In this document: piece by piece, positions 48,855 to 60,378 of the stretch | Numbering within the stretch: position 1 is the first letter of the stretch | Layout of the letters: each line of letters opens with the position of its first letter | Assembly: GCA_951406725.2 (NCBI GenBank) | Contig: OX597815.1 | Location: forward strand, 121,272,001 to 121,336,000 | DNA length: 64,000 nt | From: Octopus vulgaris | Taxonomy: Eukaryota | Direction of reading: 5' to 3' | Program-made: the position numbers and the translations under genes | Notes under the pieces: generated by a model | The model's input: the letters and a program-made list of their open reading frames with translations, nothing else | What the model was told of the DNA's origin: nothing | Databases searched by the model: none

Positions 48855-49709
48855 TGATATTAATAACAAACTCATCAAACAGACATGTTAACAGAAATAG
48901 AAAGTCCTACAGGACTCAAACTAATCTGGGACTTCAAGGACTCAAGCAAATCTTTTTCTTTAGAATGGAAAATTCTTTCTAGATTTTTCCTCATGATAAA
49001 GGAAAATCTTTCTGTCCTTTATGCATGGAAGAGCAGTATTTTATTCTCTTCTCTAAACATAAATTGGCAAACACATTTACAGAGAGTATTTACAAATGTA
49101 TTCATTGGAAAAAACACTCTTTTAGTTCTTTCAAATAATATCCACTCATAACCTAATAATATTTTCTGTAAATTTTCTTTTCTTTAGTCTTCCATCTTAC
49201 TTCTCATAACCTTTACTCCCCCTTCTTTACTTTTCTTTTATGCTTTTACATGTATACAATTCGCCTGTTCCGTTCCTCTTCACTCTCGCTTTTTACCTCT
49301 GGTTTCTTTTTTCCTTCCTTATCTTTCTATTTCTTTTCTCCTTCTCTCACTCAATCTAGTTAATTTCCTTAAAACCATTTAAAATTTATAGAGTTTCCTT
49401 ACTACCTGGCTTTCCATATATGTTTATGTGTATTTACCAGTTTTTGTTATCGTACATGTGTATATTTTCAGTGTGCACAATAATGTATATGTGCTCAGTA
49501 AATGTGTGTATGTGTTTGTGTCTGTTGATATTTTGGGATAGGTGTGTCCTTCTGTAAGTGTGTGAACTCCCATAACCTAATAATACTTTGTGCAAATTTT
49601 CTTTTATTTTTCCGTCCATCTTACTTCCCATAATTTTTCCCTCTCCCCTTCTTTCCTTTCTTTTCATGCATTTTTTTAATATTTACATTTTGTCCATTCA
49701 TCTCCCCCT

Positions 49710-49741
<32 letters not shown>

Positions 49742-50199
49742 TTACTTTGTTTTATCCTTCCTTTCTTTCCCCTTCCCAATCTTTCTATACATCTTCTCCG
49801 TCCCTCACAATATCTGGTTTATTTCAATAACATCATTTTAAATTCCTAGTGCCCTTGTTCGTATGTAAGTATTTTGTGAATGAACAATAACGTACATGTG
49901 CTTAAGCAAGTGTGTGTATGTGTATACAATTATGTGTTTGGCTCTATCAGTGTTTTGGGATGTGTATGCTCTTGTGTATGTATATGATCGTTTGTTTATG
50001 TGTATAGGCATGTGACTGTAAACATATATTTTAGCATAAGTATATTTCTATGCCATTTCTGCAAGAATATGTACAAGTATATGTGTAGATATATATGCAT
50101 ATGTCGTGAGTATATTTCTGCTTATGTATGTATTTGAATATATATGTATGTGTGTTTGTGTGTATGTATATGTATATATTTAGGTATATGTTTATATGT

Positions 50200-50241
<42 letters not shown>

Positions 50242-50445
50242 TTATGTGTATGTATATTAGTGCATGTGTATGTATATGTGTCTGTATACGTTTGTCTTTT
50301 TTTATATGTATATAATGTTTACATTTACACATCATATATTTGAGTGTGTGTGTATGCATGTGTGCATATGAATATAATACGTTACGTTTTATAGGCCTTT
50401 CTATTTCTGTTAACATCTCTATTTGATGAGTTTGTTATTTATATC

Positions 50446-50530
50446 ATTCCTGATGAGACTGATACATTGCTGACCATAATTTATTCTTTTTGACATTTTT
50501 GGAGTGCATCTGTTGAAACATATGTCAAAG
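50446..50530 (+). ncRNA. Type I hammerhead motif with intact core and damaged stem I
   Basis: CTGATGA at 50450, stem II GACUGAUACAUU/AGUGCAUCUGUU, GAAAC at 50515, AUAU loop, GUC. Confidence 0.65.
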
Positions 50531-50706
50531 AATTCAAGATATAAATGGTTTAACAACATCCCAAGCATTCATCTCCTTATTCAATTTTCCCATTTTCTAC
50601 TAAATATGATTTACTATCCTGGAATTAAATCCTGGAGCACTTAAGCAACATTTAGCTACCTTGTAATTATTCCCCTGGATTTTTCCTATAAATTGTAAAC
50701 TCTCTC

Positions 50707-50740
<34 letters not shown>

Positions 50741-50747
50741 CGTAGAG

Positions 50748-50947
50748 AGGAAAATTCACAAAAAACAAAAGACGAAGACGGGTGGTGTAGACAACAAACA
50801 GATGTATTAGTTTAATGCTTTGGAAGTGCAAAAGTCTTTAATGTTTCGAGCCTATGCTCTCCCACAGAAAAGAACACAGAAAGAAACAAGGAGAGAAAAT
50901 AAAGAATGTGTAGTGGCTAGCGATCTATCATGGCGAAGGTCGGACAT
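50748..50947 (-). mobile_element. Fragment of the 52.5-kb tandem repeat family, with HHR-like motif at 50835-50873
   Basis: Minus strand reads UCUUUU-CUGUGGGA-GAGC[AUAG]GCUC-GAAACAUU-AAAGA. Confidence 0.7.
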
Positions 50948-51015
50948 ATATATATATACACACACAAATATACCCCCCATATACATATATATATCTACAT
51001 ACACATATATCTATG

Positions 51016-51048
<33 letters not shown>

Positions 51049-51361
51049 GCATATATACAAAAATGGGACAAGAACGCAAAACATCCAGACAGACGATACA
51101 AAGAAAACAAGGATGGGACATTTGGAGTTTTTTCCTCAGTCGAGTACCAGATTATCTTTGCAATTTCGGCTGGTTATACTTGAGATTGCTCCAGTCTTGC
51201 CAGCCTCAAGGAAAAACTAAGAGCAGTAGATTCCTTAGAAAAAAGCAGTGAATGTATACAAAATCAAGGACGGAAAAAACGGAGAAAGGACAAATTAAAT
51301 TAAGCTGGCATGTGTGGAAGTAAAGCCACAGGGGCATAAGATTTGACAGGCACAGGGATAT

Positions 51362-51441
<80 letters not shown>

Positions 51442-51479
51442 CTGGAAGATTGGGGGTAGCAGGGAACTGTATCAGATAG

Positions 51480-52452
51480 CAAGATGGGAAGCTAGGAGAC
51501 AGGTATATCTAGTCAAGAGAGAAGCAGAAAAGAAGTTTGCCTATGTTCAACAATGTGAGGACCAGAGACTTGAAGTGTTTGAGATTGCAAGGCTGTGTGT
51601 GATGTCATAAAAGAGAAATGTGTTCGCATGGATGACGTCACGCTTGCATTTAAGGATTCTGCAAAGAAAGAGGCTTGGAGATGCCATTATGAAAGACTGC
51701 TGAACATGGAGAATGAATGGGAGGAGGAGAGTCTGCAAAATGTTGACCCATTTGAGAGACCAGTTATCTGAATTGACAACACCTTGGTAGATAAAGCAAT
51801 TAAGGATATGAAGGCAGGATAAGCCCTTGGCTCATCAGGAATCACCGCTGAGATGCTTAAAATATATGGTGGTGTGGCTTATGGTTTAGTTATCTATATT
51901 GTAAAGCAGGTGGTTCATGAAGGAGTCATACTCAATGGCTGGTGTAGCAGCTGCTAGAAAAGTAAAAGTGATGCCTTAAATAGAAATAATTACAGAGGTA
52001 TCAAATTGTTGGATTAGGTGATGAAAGTTACAGAGAGAGTCATAGCCCAACTAATTAGGGAGAGAGTTAGTCTAGATGAAATACAGTTTGGTTCTGTGCC
52101 AGAGAAAAGCACCACTGATGCTATATTTCTGATAAAGTAACTGCAGGAGAAATGCATAGCCAAAGATAAGCCTCTGCACTTGGCTTTTGTTGATTTGAAG
52201 AAAACCTTTGACAGGGTCCCCCAGTCCCTTATTTGGTGGTCAATGCGGAAACTAGAGAAAGATGAGTGGCTGGTGAGAGCCATGTACAGTGACACTACCA
52301 GTAAGGTGAAGGTTAGCAACAAGTACAGCAAAAAATTCAAGGTACAAATAGGGGTATACTAAGGATTAGTATACCAAATCAGACTGGGGTCTAGTGAAGC
52401 CCTGGTCAATCCATCCAACCCATGCCAGCATGGACAACAGACGTTAAATGAT
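51480..52452 (+). mobile_element. RTE LINE reverse transcriptase fragment (pseudogene) joined to its 3' tail
   Basis: GITAEMLK...NYRGIKLL...QFGSVPEKSTTDAIF...LAFVDLKKTFDRVP...GVY*G with multiple stops. The 3' UTR end at 52375-52452 implies an internal deletion. Confidence 0.92.
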
Positions 52453-52468
52453 GTTTATATATATACAT

Positions 52469-52528
<60 letters not shown>

Positions 52529-52878
52529 TTTCATAAAGCTTCCCGTTATATATTATGCGCTCACGTGGTCTCACTTTCATCCTATATTCTACCAATACCA
52601 CTATCAACACTTACCTCTACCTTGGATTTTCTTTACCTCTTGGATACTTACCATTGGCTGCACCTCTCTTTCGCGGATCAAAGTGACTTTGCATTGATGT
52701 GAAATCCTTAAAAAATATACCACGACGTCTACACATTTCTCACCTTGAACTTTCAACCTTGAACTTGTTCGCATAAACTGTCCCGTTTGTTGTATTTTTA
52801 TTTTCTCTTATATTACCACTTTTTTTACATTCATTTCATGTTTCTCTCCTTCTTTCTGTGTTTTTCTCTCTCTGTGTA

Positions 52879-52916
52879 TCTTTCTGTTGAAGAGCGTAGG
52901 CTCGAAACGTTAAAGA
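52879..52916 (+). ncRNA. Variant minimal hammerhead-like motif, unit 1
   Basis: UCUUU-CUGUUGA-A-GAGC[GUAG]GCUC-GAAAC-GU-U-AAAGA. Stems I and II are perfect; the core has A6U. Confidence 0.5.
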
Positions 52917-53343
52917 CTTGTTTTATTTATATTTCCTGAGCGCCATACTAATACAATTGTTCGTTTGTTTTCCACCTGCCTTCGTCTTTTGTTTATTTTC
53001 ATAAAGCTTCCCGTTATATATTATGCGCTCACGTGGTCTCACTTTCATCCTATATTCTACCAATACCACTATCAACACTTACCTCTACCTTGGATTTTCT
53101 TTACCTCTTGGATACTTACCATTGGCTGCACCTCTCTTTCGCGGATCAAAGTGACTTTGCATTGATGTGAAATCCTTAAAAATATACCACGACGTCTACA
53201 CATTTCTCACCTTGAACTTTCAACCTTGAACTTGTTCGCATAAACTGTCCCGTTTGTTGTATTTTTATTTTCTCTTATATTACCACTTTTTTTACATTCA
53301 TTTCATGTTTCTCTCCTTCTTTCTGTGTTTTTCTCTCTGTGTA

Positions 53344-53381
53344 TCTTTCTGTTGAAGAGCGTAGGCTCGAAACGTTAAAGA
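53344..53381 (+). ncRNA. Variant minimal hammerhead-like motif, unit 2
   Basis: Identical to 52879-52916, 465 nt downstream. Confidence 0.5.
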
Positions 53382-53478
53382 CTTGTTTTATTTATATTTC
53401 CTGAGCGCCATACTAATACAATTGTTCGTTTGTTTTCCACCTGCCTTCGTCTTTTGTTTATTTTCATAAAGCTTCCCG

Positions 53479-53520
<42 letters not shown>

Positions 53521-54010
53521 TCAGATGATGATGATGATATACATCCCCTTACAATTAGAACTGCATTCCTTGGCTTTTAGAAGATGACATTTTGTTGCAG
53601 CAATTTCTAGTGATATGCTTACATACTATATCCAGTTTGCAGTTTTGTGCTGCTGGCTTACAAATCTATATATAAATGTGAAGATACAGAGTTCTTCAGT
53701 TATAATTTTTTGTATCAATGTTATCTCTCAGTTGACTGGTTGTTATTCTTTATAGTAAGGGGAAGTGAAAAGAATGCAGTACTTTATATTTATGCATTTA
53801 TTGGATTATATTTTCATTAAAAAAAATTTTTTAACCATTGAGGTTTTAACATTTGTATATAGCTGTTATTTTGATCAAGTTGGATCTCATCAGTAAGAAA
53901 TCATCAAGAGTCTTGGGTCTAATAAAGATTGTATTACATTAAATGAAATTATCAAAGGACTAGAAAATATATTAACGAATACACACATGCACAAGCACAC
54001 ACACACACAT

Positions 54011-54050
<40 letters not shown>

Positions 54051-54744
54051 ACTCATAATTGCACTAATTTATTTTGCAATAAAATCTATTTGATGTGTAG
54101 AATTAAATTTCTAATAATATGAAGTTATGCATGCTCTATAGGTAATCGTTTATCTAATATTCTTGAAATATATACTCCAAGAAGTGCTTAGCCCAATCAT
54201 TTCTGTCAGAAAGGATTCATAAAAAAACAAAACATAAAAATAATCAAATATTAATAAACAGATATTCATATGTAAGCATTTATATTTTACCAAATGAAAT
54301 TAGTCTGTGATAAGCATTAATATGAAATATTTAAGCAGGTTTCCCCATTGGATTTTAACATCAAGAGCAACAAAGAGTTTGTTCATTTAAAACCAGTTAG
54401 AAGCTATATTATATAAAATGTTATGATAATAAAAATGATCCAAAGTGCCAATTGTTCATACAATTTTAATATTTTATATTAGCAAATTGCATTTTCATAA
54501 ACTTTATTGTTCCTTAAATGCCTGTTTCCCATTTCCAATCAGCTGAACTTTCACATACACACACACACATGCACAAATCCAAGAATATGTTTATATGCTT
54601 ATTGTAATGGACTCTCCCAAGCTTTCCCAGTGTCTGAGTAACCTGTTGTTCAATCTTTAAATTAGCACGAAAGTGGCTGAGTATTTCACAGATACATATT
54701 TCCTAGTTCTTCATCAATTATGATGACAAGTGCTTCACTTCACT

Positions 54745-54990
54745 GATTCAACCAAACCTCCTGCTTGTGAAATTAATGTGCAAGTGGCTGAGTATTCCAC
54801 AGCCCCATATACCCTTAACATAGTCCACAGGGAGATTCAGCTTGACATAGAATATGACAAATTGAAGTTCAGGTACAATTCCTTTTTGCCAGCTGAGTTG
54901 ACTGGAACAACAAGAAATGAAGTGTCTTGCTCAAGGGCACAATATATCACTGGGAGCTGAATACCCTATTCACCAAACCATAGGCTTTGG
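54745..54990 (-). mobile_element. SINE family C, diverged
   Basis: Homologous to 19940-20216 (TGAAATTAATGTGCAAGTGGCTGAG...AAGTGTCTTGCTCAAGG). Confidence 0.7.
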
Positions 54991-55257
54991 CTTTCAAATC
55001 CCATAAATAGGTTTACCCTTAGTGTAATTGTCAAACAGAATCAATGTGACATAGAGTGATAAGGCTGAACCTTTGAATTACAAGTATAGTCCACGTGACA
55101 GGCTTCCTAACAATTTCCCTTTCAAAGTTTTGGGTTGATCCAATACTATAGGAAGAAGAAGAAATGTTAGCTTATGATGTCATGCAGTACATTGGGATTT
55201 GGACCCCATGAATGTAAAACTAATTTCTTAAGTACTTAACAACTCATCCATGCCTTC

Positions 55258-55288
<31 letters not shown>

Positions 55289-55300
55289 ATGGATATATAT

Positions 55301-55714
55301 TCTTTTACTTATTTCAGTCAGTTGACGGCAGCCATGCAGGAGCACTGTCGTAAAGGGTTTTAGTCAAACAAATCAACTCCAGGACTTAATATTTGTAAGC
55401 CTACTACTTATTCTGTCATTCTCTTTTGTTGAACTGCTAAGTTACAGGGACATAAACACACCAACACCAGTTGTCAAGCAGTGATGGGATGGAGACGAAC
55501 ACAGACACAGAGATACACATACATAGATCTACACATATATATACATATATACAACAGACTTCCTTCAGTTTCTATCCACCAAATCCACTCACAAGGCTTT
55601 GGTTGGCCTGAGGCTATAATAGAAGACACCTGCTCAAAGTGCTGTGCAGTGGGACTGAACTCAGAACCATGTGGTTCAGAAGCAAGCTTCTTACAAGACA
55701 GTCATGCCTGCACC
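55301..55714 (-). mobile_element. SINE family A, full length
   Basis: Reverse complement of the consensus. Confidence 0.88.
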
Positions 55715-55921
55715 TATGTATATGTATATGAGTGTGTGTGCATGTGTGTGTGTATATTTGTGTATGTGTGTGTCGTTGTGTGTATGTGTGTGTTTTGCTA
55801 TTCTTCTCCTTCAAGTTACCACAACCAAGATGCATATCACAATGTTGCACTAAGATCTATGTTCCCCATTAACTTCAGTAGATAATAATTTTTTTATTTT
55901 CTTTCTTGTGTTTGTCTATAC

Positions 55922-56274
55922 CAGTGGTTCTCAGCCAGGGTCCATATGGCCCCTGAGGGCCCATAGAAGATTTTTGGGGTGTCCATGTAATAAAGCAATA
56001 AATTAGGGATCCACAATAGAATTTTAAGGGCCTCTGAAACAATTTTGTTTTAGATGTCTGTATTGGTATGTATTGCAAGAAACTGCTAGATTTCTTTCTC
56101 TAACATTTTACATAGTTCAACCTACACAAGTTAATGTGTGTAAAACAAAATAGGAATTTTGTAAGAAGTTTCAATAAAACTAATTTTTAAACATTGAATG
56201 GCTATGGGGGTTCACCAGAATAAAATAATAATCAAAGGGATCCATAAATTTTTTTAAATGGTTGAGAACCCCTG
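55922..56274. mobile_element. hAT (Charlie-like) MITE with perfect 8-bp TSD
   Basis: TIRs CAGTGGTTCTCA and TGAGAACCCCTG. TSD GTCTATAC at 55914-55921 and 56275-56282. Confidence 0.92.
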
Positions 56275-56709
56275 GTCTATACCAATACCAGATCACCCTT
56301 TCTTTGGTAATGGAATAATTGAAGATTTGGAGAAGGCTCTTGGTTTACCTTCTCATTAGAGTAGCCCAGCAGATATTTGTGAATGAGTAGACTCTTCCAG
56401 ATGATAGCTGAGATGTTAATTGAATCTGGTGATTTTTTTACTTTGTGGTTGAAACAAGGGTCATTGTGTTGTTCTGTGTTACCACCACACAATGCAAATC
56501 ACTAGAGAAGCTCTATTGTTGTTAAGTTCTCTCAGAGGTATCCAGACAGCAACATGCTTGTTCCCATCTGTGATGGGTTAAGTTTAGTGTGTTAATATTT
56601 AGTGTGTGCTTGAATGGGTATGTTGGTGCTATTGGTCAACACACTTATCACAAAAATAAGAGGTGTGGGTTCTTTTCTATGTGTACTAATACCTTTTTTT
56701 TTTTTTAAA

Positions 56710-56925
56710 CAGTGAGCTGGCAGAATCATCAGCTCACTAGGCAAAATGCTTAATGGCATTTCATCCACCTTTACACTCTGAGCTCAAATTCCACTGAGGC
56801 CAACTTTGCCTTTCATCTTTCTGCGGGGTCAATGAAATAAGTACCAGTTGAACACTGAGGTTGATGTAATTGGCTTACCCGCTCCCCTGAAAATGTTGGC
56901 CCTGTGCCAAAATTCGAAACCAATG
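56710..56925 (+). mobile_element. SINE family B
   Basis: GTGAGCTGGCAGAATC head and ACTTTGCCTTTCATCTTTCTGCGGGGTCAAT domain. Confidence 0.8.
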
Positions 56926-57016
56926 TTTACTGTGTGCTTCTTGTGTCTCCTTGTATGCTTCATAAAGAGTGACTTTAGTTGAACCATGATTCTTTTCAAT
57001 ATTCATAATGGACTAA

Positions 57017-57215
57017 GGGGGTGAGCTGGCAGAAATGTTAGCACACCGAATGAAATGTGTTCTGTCTTTACATTCTGAGTTCAAATTCTGCCAAGGTCGA
57101 CTTTGCTTTTCATTCTTTTGGAGTCGATAAATTAAGTACCAGTTGCATACTAGGGTCGATGTAACCGACTTCCCCCTCCCCCAAATTTCAGGCCTTGTGC
57201 CTAGAGTAGAAAAGA
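57017..57215 (+). mobile_element. SINE family B
   Basis: GGTGAGCTGGCAGAA head, GAGTTCAAATTC B box and GTCGACTTTGCTTTTCATTC...GTCGATAAATTAAGTACC domain resembling the Meta/MESC SINE core. Confidence 0.85.
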
Positions 57216-57510
57216 TTATTCCTAATGGACTTTGATATTTCTGGACTGCTTTCTCCAAATTCTCTCTCGCTCTTGCTACCTTCTTATTGGAAGTGAAGTT
57301 TAGTCTTTTATTTTCCTTCTTTGGGAGCAATTCTAGTGATATCTCTTTGTTGGAAATGGTTAGAGTGTTATATACAATACTGAATTTCCTGTACTCAAGC
57401 CTGCCGTGGACAGTTATAAACATGCTTGTGAACAGCAACTGTAAACTCCTTTCATATCTTAGCATCATCTGCCTCTTTTCCCTAATCAGTCTGAGGATAT
57501 ATGAGAATAT

Positions 57511-57591
<81 letters not shown>

Positions 57592-58687
57592 GGTGTAATA
57601 TAACATATGTTTACATTTATGCATTCATGCACATTGCACACTAAAATATAAATATTTTATCAGATTATTTTATTTCCTATTGTGCAAAATTATACATATA
57701 TATATTTATTTATTTACTTATTTATTTATTCATTTATTTATTCACTTACTAGGAACTTAATATTACAAAAGCTTATTCTATGTATCTTAGCAAGATAACT
57801 ACATATAAATAATATTACATTATACTATAGTTAATTTATTGAAAACAAGTGGTTGTTTGTTTAATATGCAGGACAACTGACAAAGATTTATTTAATCAAA
57901 CCTTACTGCAATCATTCAGTAGTGCCTGCAGCCAAGGTATATAACTGTTTCTCCAAAGCTTCATCATAAGAAATTACTACCACTCCCATATTCATTTGCT
58001 TCAGCTATAAACAGTTTTCCAATTATCTAATTTTCCAAGAATGATTCCACCCATTGCTACATAGAAATGAATCAATGTAAAACAATTCAAGTTACAAAAA
58101 GTGAGTTGTTATATATTAATTCTTAAACAGGCTGGTGCTTACATTTTATTCTTTAAAGCCATCTTAGAAATATATCTGATATCACAAATGTAATTTACTA
58201 TATTTAGATATTTTCATTTCCTATAATCTTTTTCTTGTTTCAGTCATGACTGTGGCCATGCTGGAAATATATTTCAACTGCACTGAAGGATTCTTTTTGT
58301 TTTTGTTTTAGCCATCATCTTGCACTTGTCTGACATTATTTTTTGGGGTTGCCTTTTGCCAAACTGTGAAGTTACAGGACGTGTAAAAAAACCAATATTG
58401 GTTGTAGAACAGCGAGACATCAAGAAGCATACACTCACACACTTACACACGCATGCAGACACAAATGCATGCGCACACACACATACACACATACACACAC
58501 ACACACGCACACACACACACACATACACATACGCATACAGAGAGCAGTCACCATAATTTTTTCAAACCTCCCAGTCTTGTAGATCACATGCTCTTACTTA
58601 ACCATGTCATTATCTAACATCCAATTGGAAGATCAGCTAAAATGGATTATATATATATACATATATATATATATGTATATATATATG

Positions 58688-58756
<69 letters not shown>

Positions 58757-59181
58757 TCATCATCATATATATATATAATTTTTATTCACTTCATTTGCCT
58801 TTTAAATTTGCTATGGACTTAAAAACGGTCATCGTACACATTGGTGATATGAATAAAATCTATAACCCTAGGGTCAGTAAGACTTGCTGAAGGTGAACTA
58901 AGAGTTTTTCTCAAAGTTCAAAATCACAGTGATATGGGTATGTCTGGCTTTTTCATTTTTGATTATTTTCATCATTGACATGGGGTCCTAAAATTTTTAT
59001 TCATTTGCCCACTTTCACTTTTGTGTTTAAGTGAAAATTTGTGCATGCTGGTACTGCTTATAAGTACCCTTAATTATTAATTGATGATTTTTTACTGTTA
59101 CAGATTCTTTATGCATGCTAAGCAACTGCTAATATCCTCATATATATTTAAATAATATATATATGTATATACTATATATAC

Positions 59182-59478
59182 CACTATAGCTTCGGGCCGA
59201 CCAAAGCCTTGTGAGTGGATTTGGTAGACGGAAACTGAAAGAAGCCTGTCGTATGTGTGTGTGTGTGCGTACGTGTTTGCCCCAACCCCCACCATCGCTT
59301 GGCAACCAATGTTGGTGTGTTTACATTCCTGTAACTTAGCAGTTCGGCAAAAGAGACGATAGAATAAGTACTAGGCTTACAAAGAAAAAGTCATGGGGTC
59401 GATTTGTTTGACTAAAGGCAGTGCTCCAGCATGGCTACAGTCAACTGACTGAAACAAAAGAATAAAAGAATAAAAGAA
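59182..59478 (+). mobile_element. SINE family A, 5'-truncated
   Basis: CTATAGCTTCGGGCCGACCAAAGCC...GACTGAAAC followed by (AAAAGAAT)n. Confidence 0.88.
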
Positions 59479-60319
59479 TATATTTATATACACACACACA
59501 TACAGACATAAACATATACTCAGGTCTATATACAATGTCTTCTGTACAGTTTCTATTTACCAGATTCGTTCAAAAGTTATTAGTTTGTCCTGGTCTACAG
59601 CATAAGACAGAAACCCAATATGCCAAGCAGTGGTATTGAACCTGAAACGACATGACTGGGAAGGAAATTTCTGAACCATACAGTCATTCTGGCACCTATA
59701 TTTTCAAAATATGTTTCAAAATCAATCAAGGATATGAAAAAAAAAAAATTTTCATACATCCAAATAAAAGTCAATGTAAATAGAACAACTTTGCCAGTAG
59801 CAGATTACTTTCACAATTAATCATGGTATCTAATGAGAACTTATAATGTTGTAACTAATTATTAAACACTGTTTTAGATTCTTTCTCATGATGAAAGAAC
59901 AGAAGAGCCAACGAACTTCATTTACTAAACAACTAAAACTCTATCTTTGTTGCTGATGATGGTCACTTTTATTAACACACTACATAATAAATGAGTTTGG
60001 ATATCATATCACTGATTGCTATTACAAGACCAAATGATTAAGATGCAATGCTAAGATAAAACTGGTCACTAGAATTGTATTATGAGATAACTGGAGACAA
60101 TGGATCCCATTTATCTATAGGAATGTTCTCTGTTAGAATGTAAATGTCATCATAAGCTGTTCAAGTCACATGAAAACTGAACTGCATGTGTATAGCTTGT
60201 AAACTTTGGTATTTACATTCCTGACTGATAACCTGCCTATCAAAAGCAATAGTGATGTTTCTTAAAATAATTTTCTTAATCAAAATGAGAAGCATGTTTG
60301 TAGTTTTATTTTTTTGATG

Positions 60320-60378
<59 letters not shown>

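Larger units (their letters stand above)
48711..50700. mobile_element. PLE-type element with inverted arms of about 200 bp (48711-48909 and 50392-50590), each with an HHR relic
   Basis: The arms are reverse complements. The spacer has a diverged direct duplication (49149 versus 49572). Asymmetric tail at 50590-50700. Confidence 0.7.
52528..53485 (+). repeat. Near-perfect tandem duplication with a unit of about 467 bp (PLE pLTR-like or retrozyme-like)
   Basis: TTTTCATAAAGCTTCCCGTTATATA recurs at 52528, 52996 and 53461; each full unit carries one HHR-like motif. Confidence 0.9.
56283..57500 (-). mobile_element. Old LINE ORF2 fragments (56283-56500 and 57222-57500), split by SINEs
   Basis: Minus strand gives KKSPDSINISAIIWK, then after a frameshift SSIIPLPKKGDL (start of the RT domain). 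The upstream helical K/E-rich segment fits the EN-RT linker. Confidence 0.55.

Noticed and set aside
51155-51218. Minus-strand GGCUGG/CCAGCC stem followed by GAAA
   Set aside because: The upstream segment (UCCUUGA) and junction do not fit the hammerhead core. It is probably a repeat fragment.
53855-53896. Minus-strand CUGAUGA-GAUC/GAUC stem
   Set aside because: GAAA is replaced by AAAAUAAC and stem I is only 2 bp; at most an old relic.
57013-57624. 203-aa ORF as a host gene
   Set aside because: A chimera of (CA)n, a probable LINE fragment and an antisense SINE.
58885-58935. CUGAAGG with a UGAACU/AGUUCA stem
   Set aside because: Both core halves deviate from consensus and stems I and III are unsupported.
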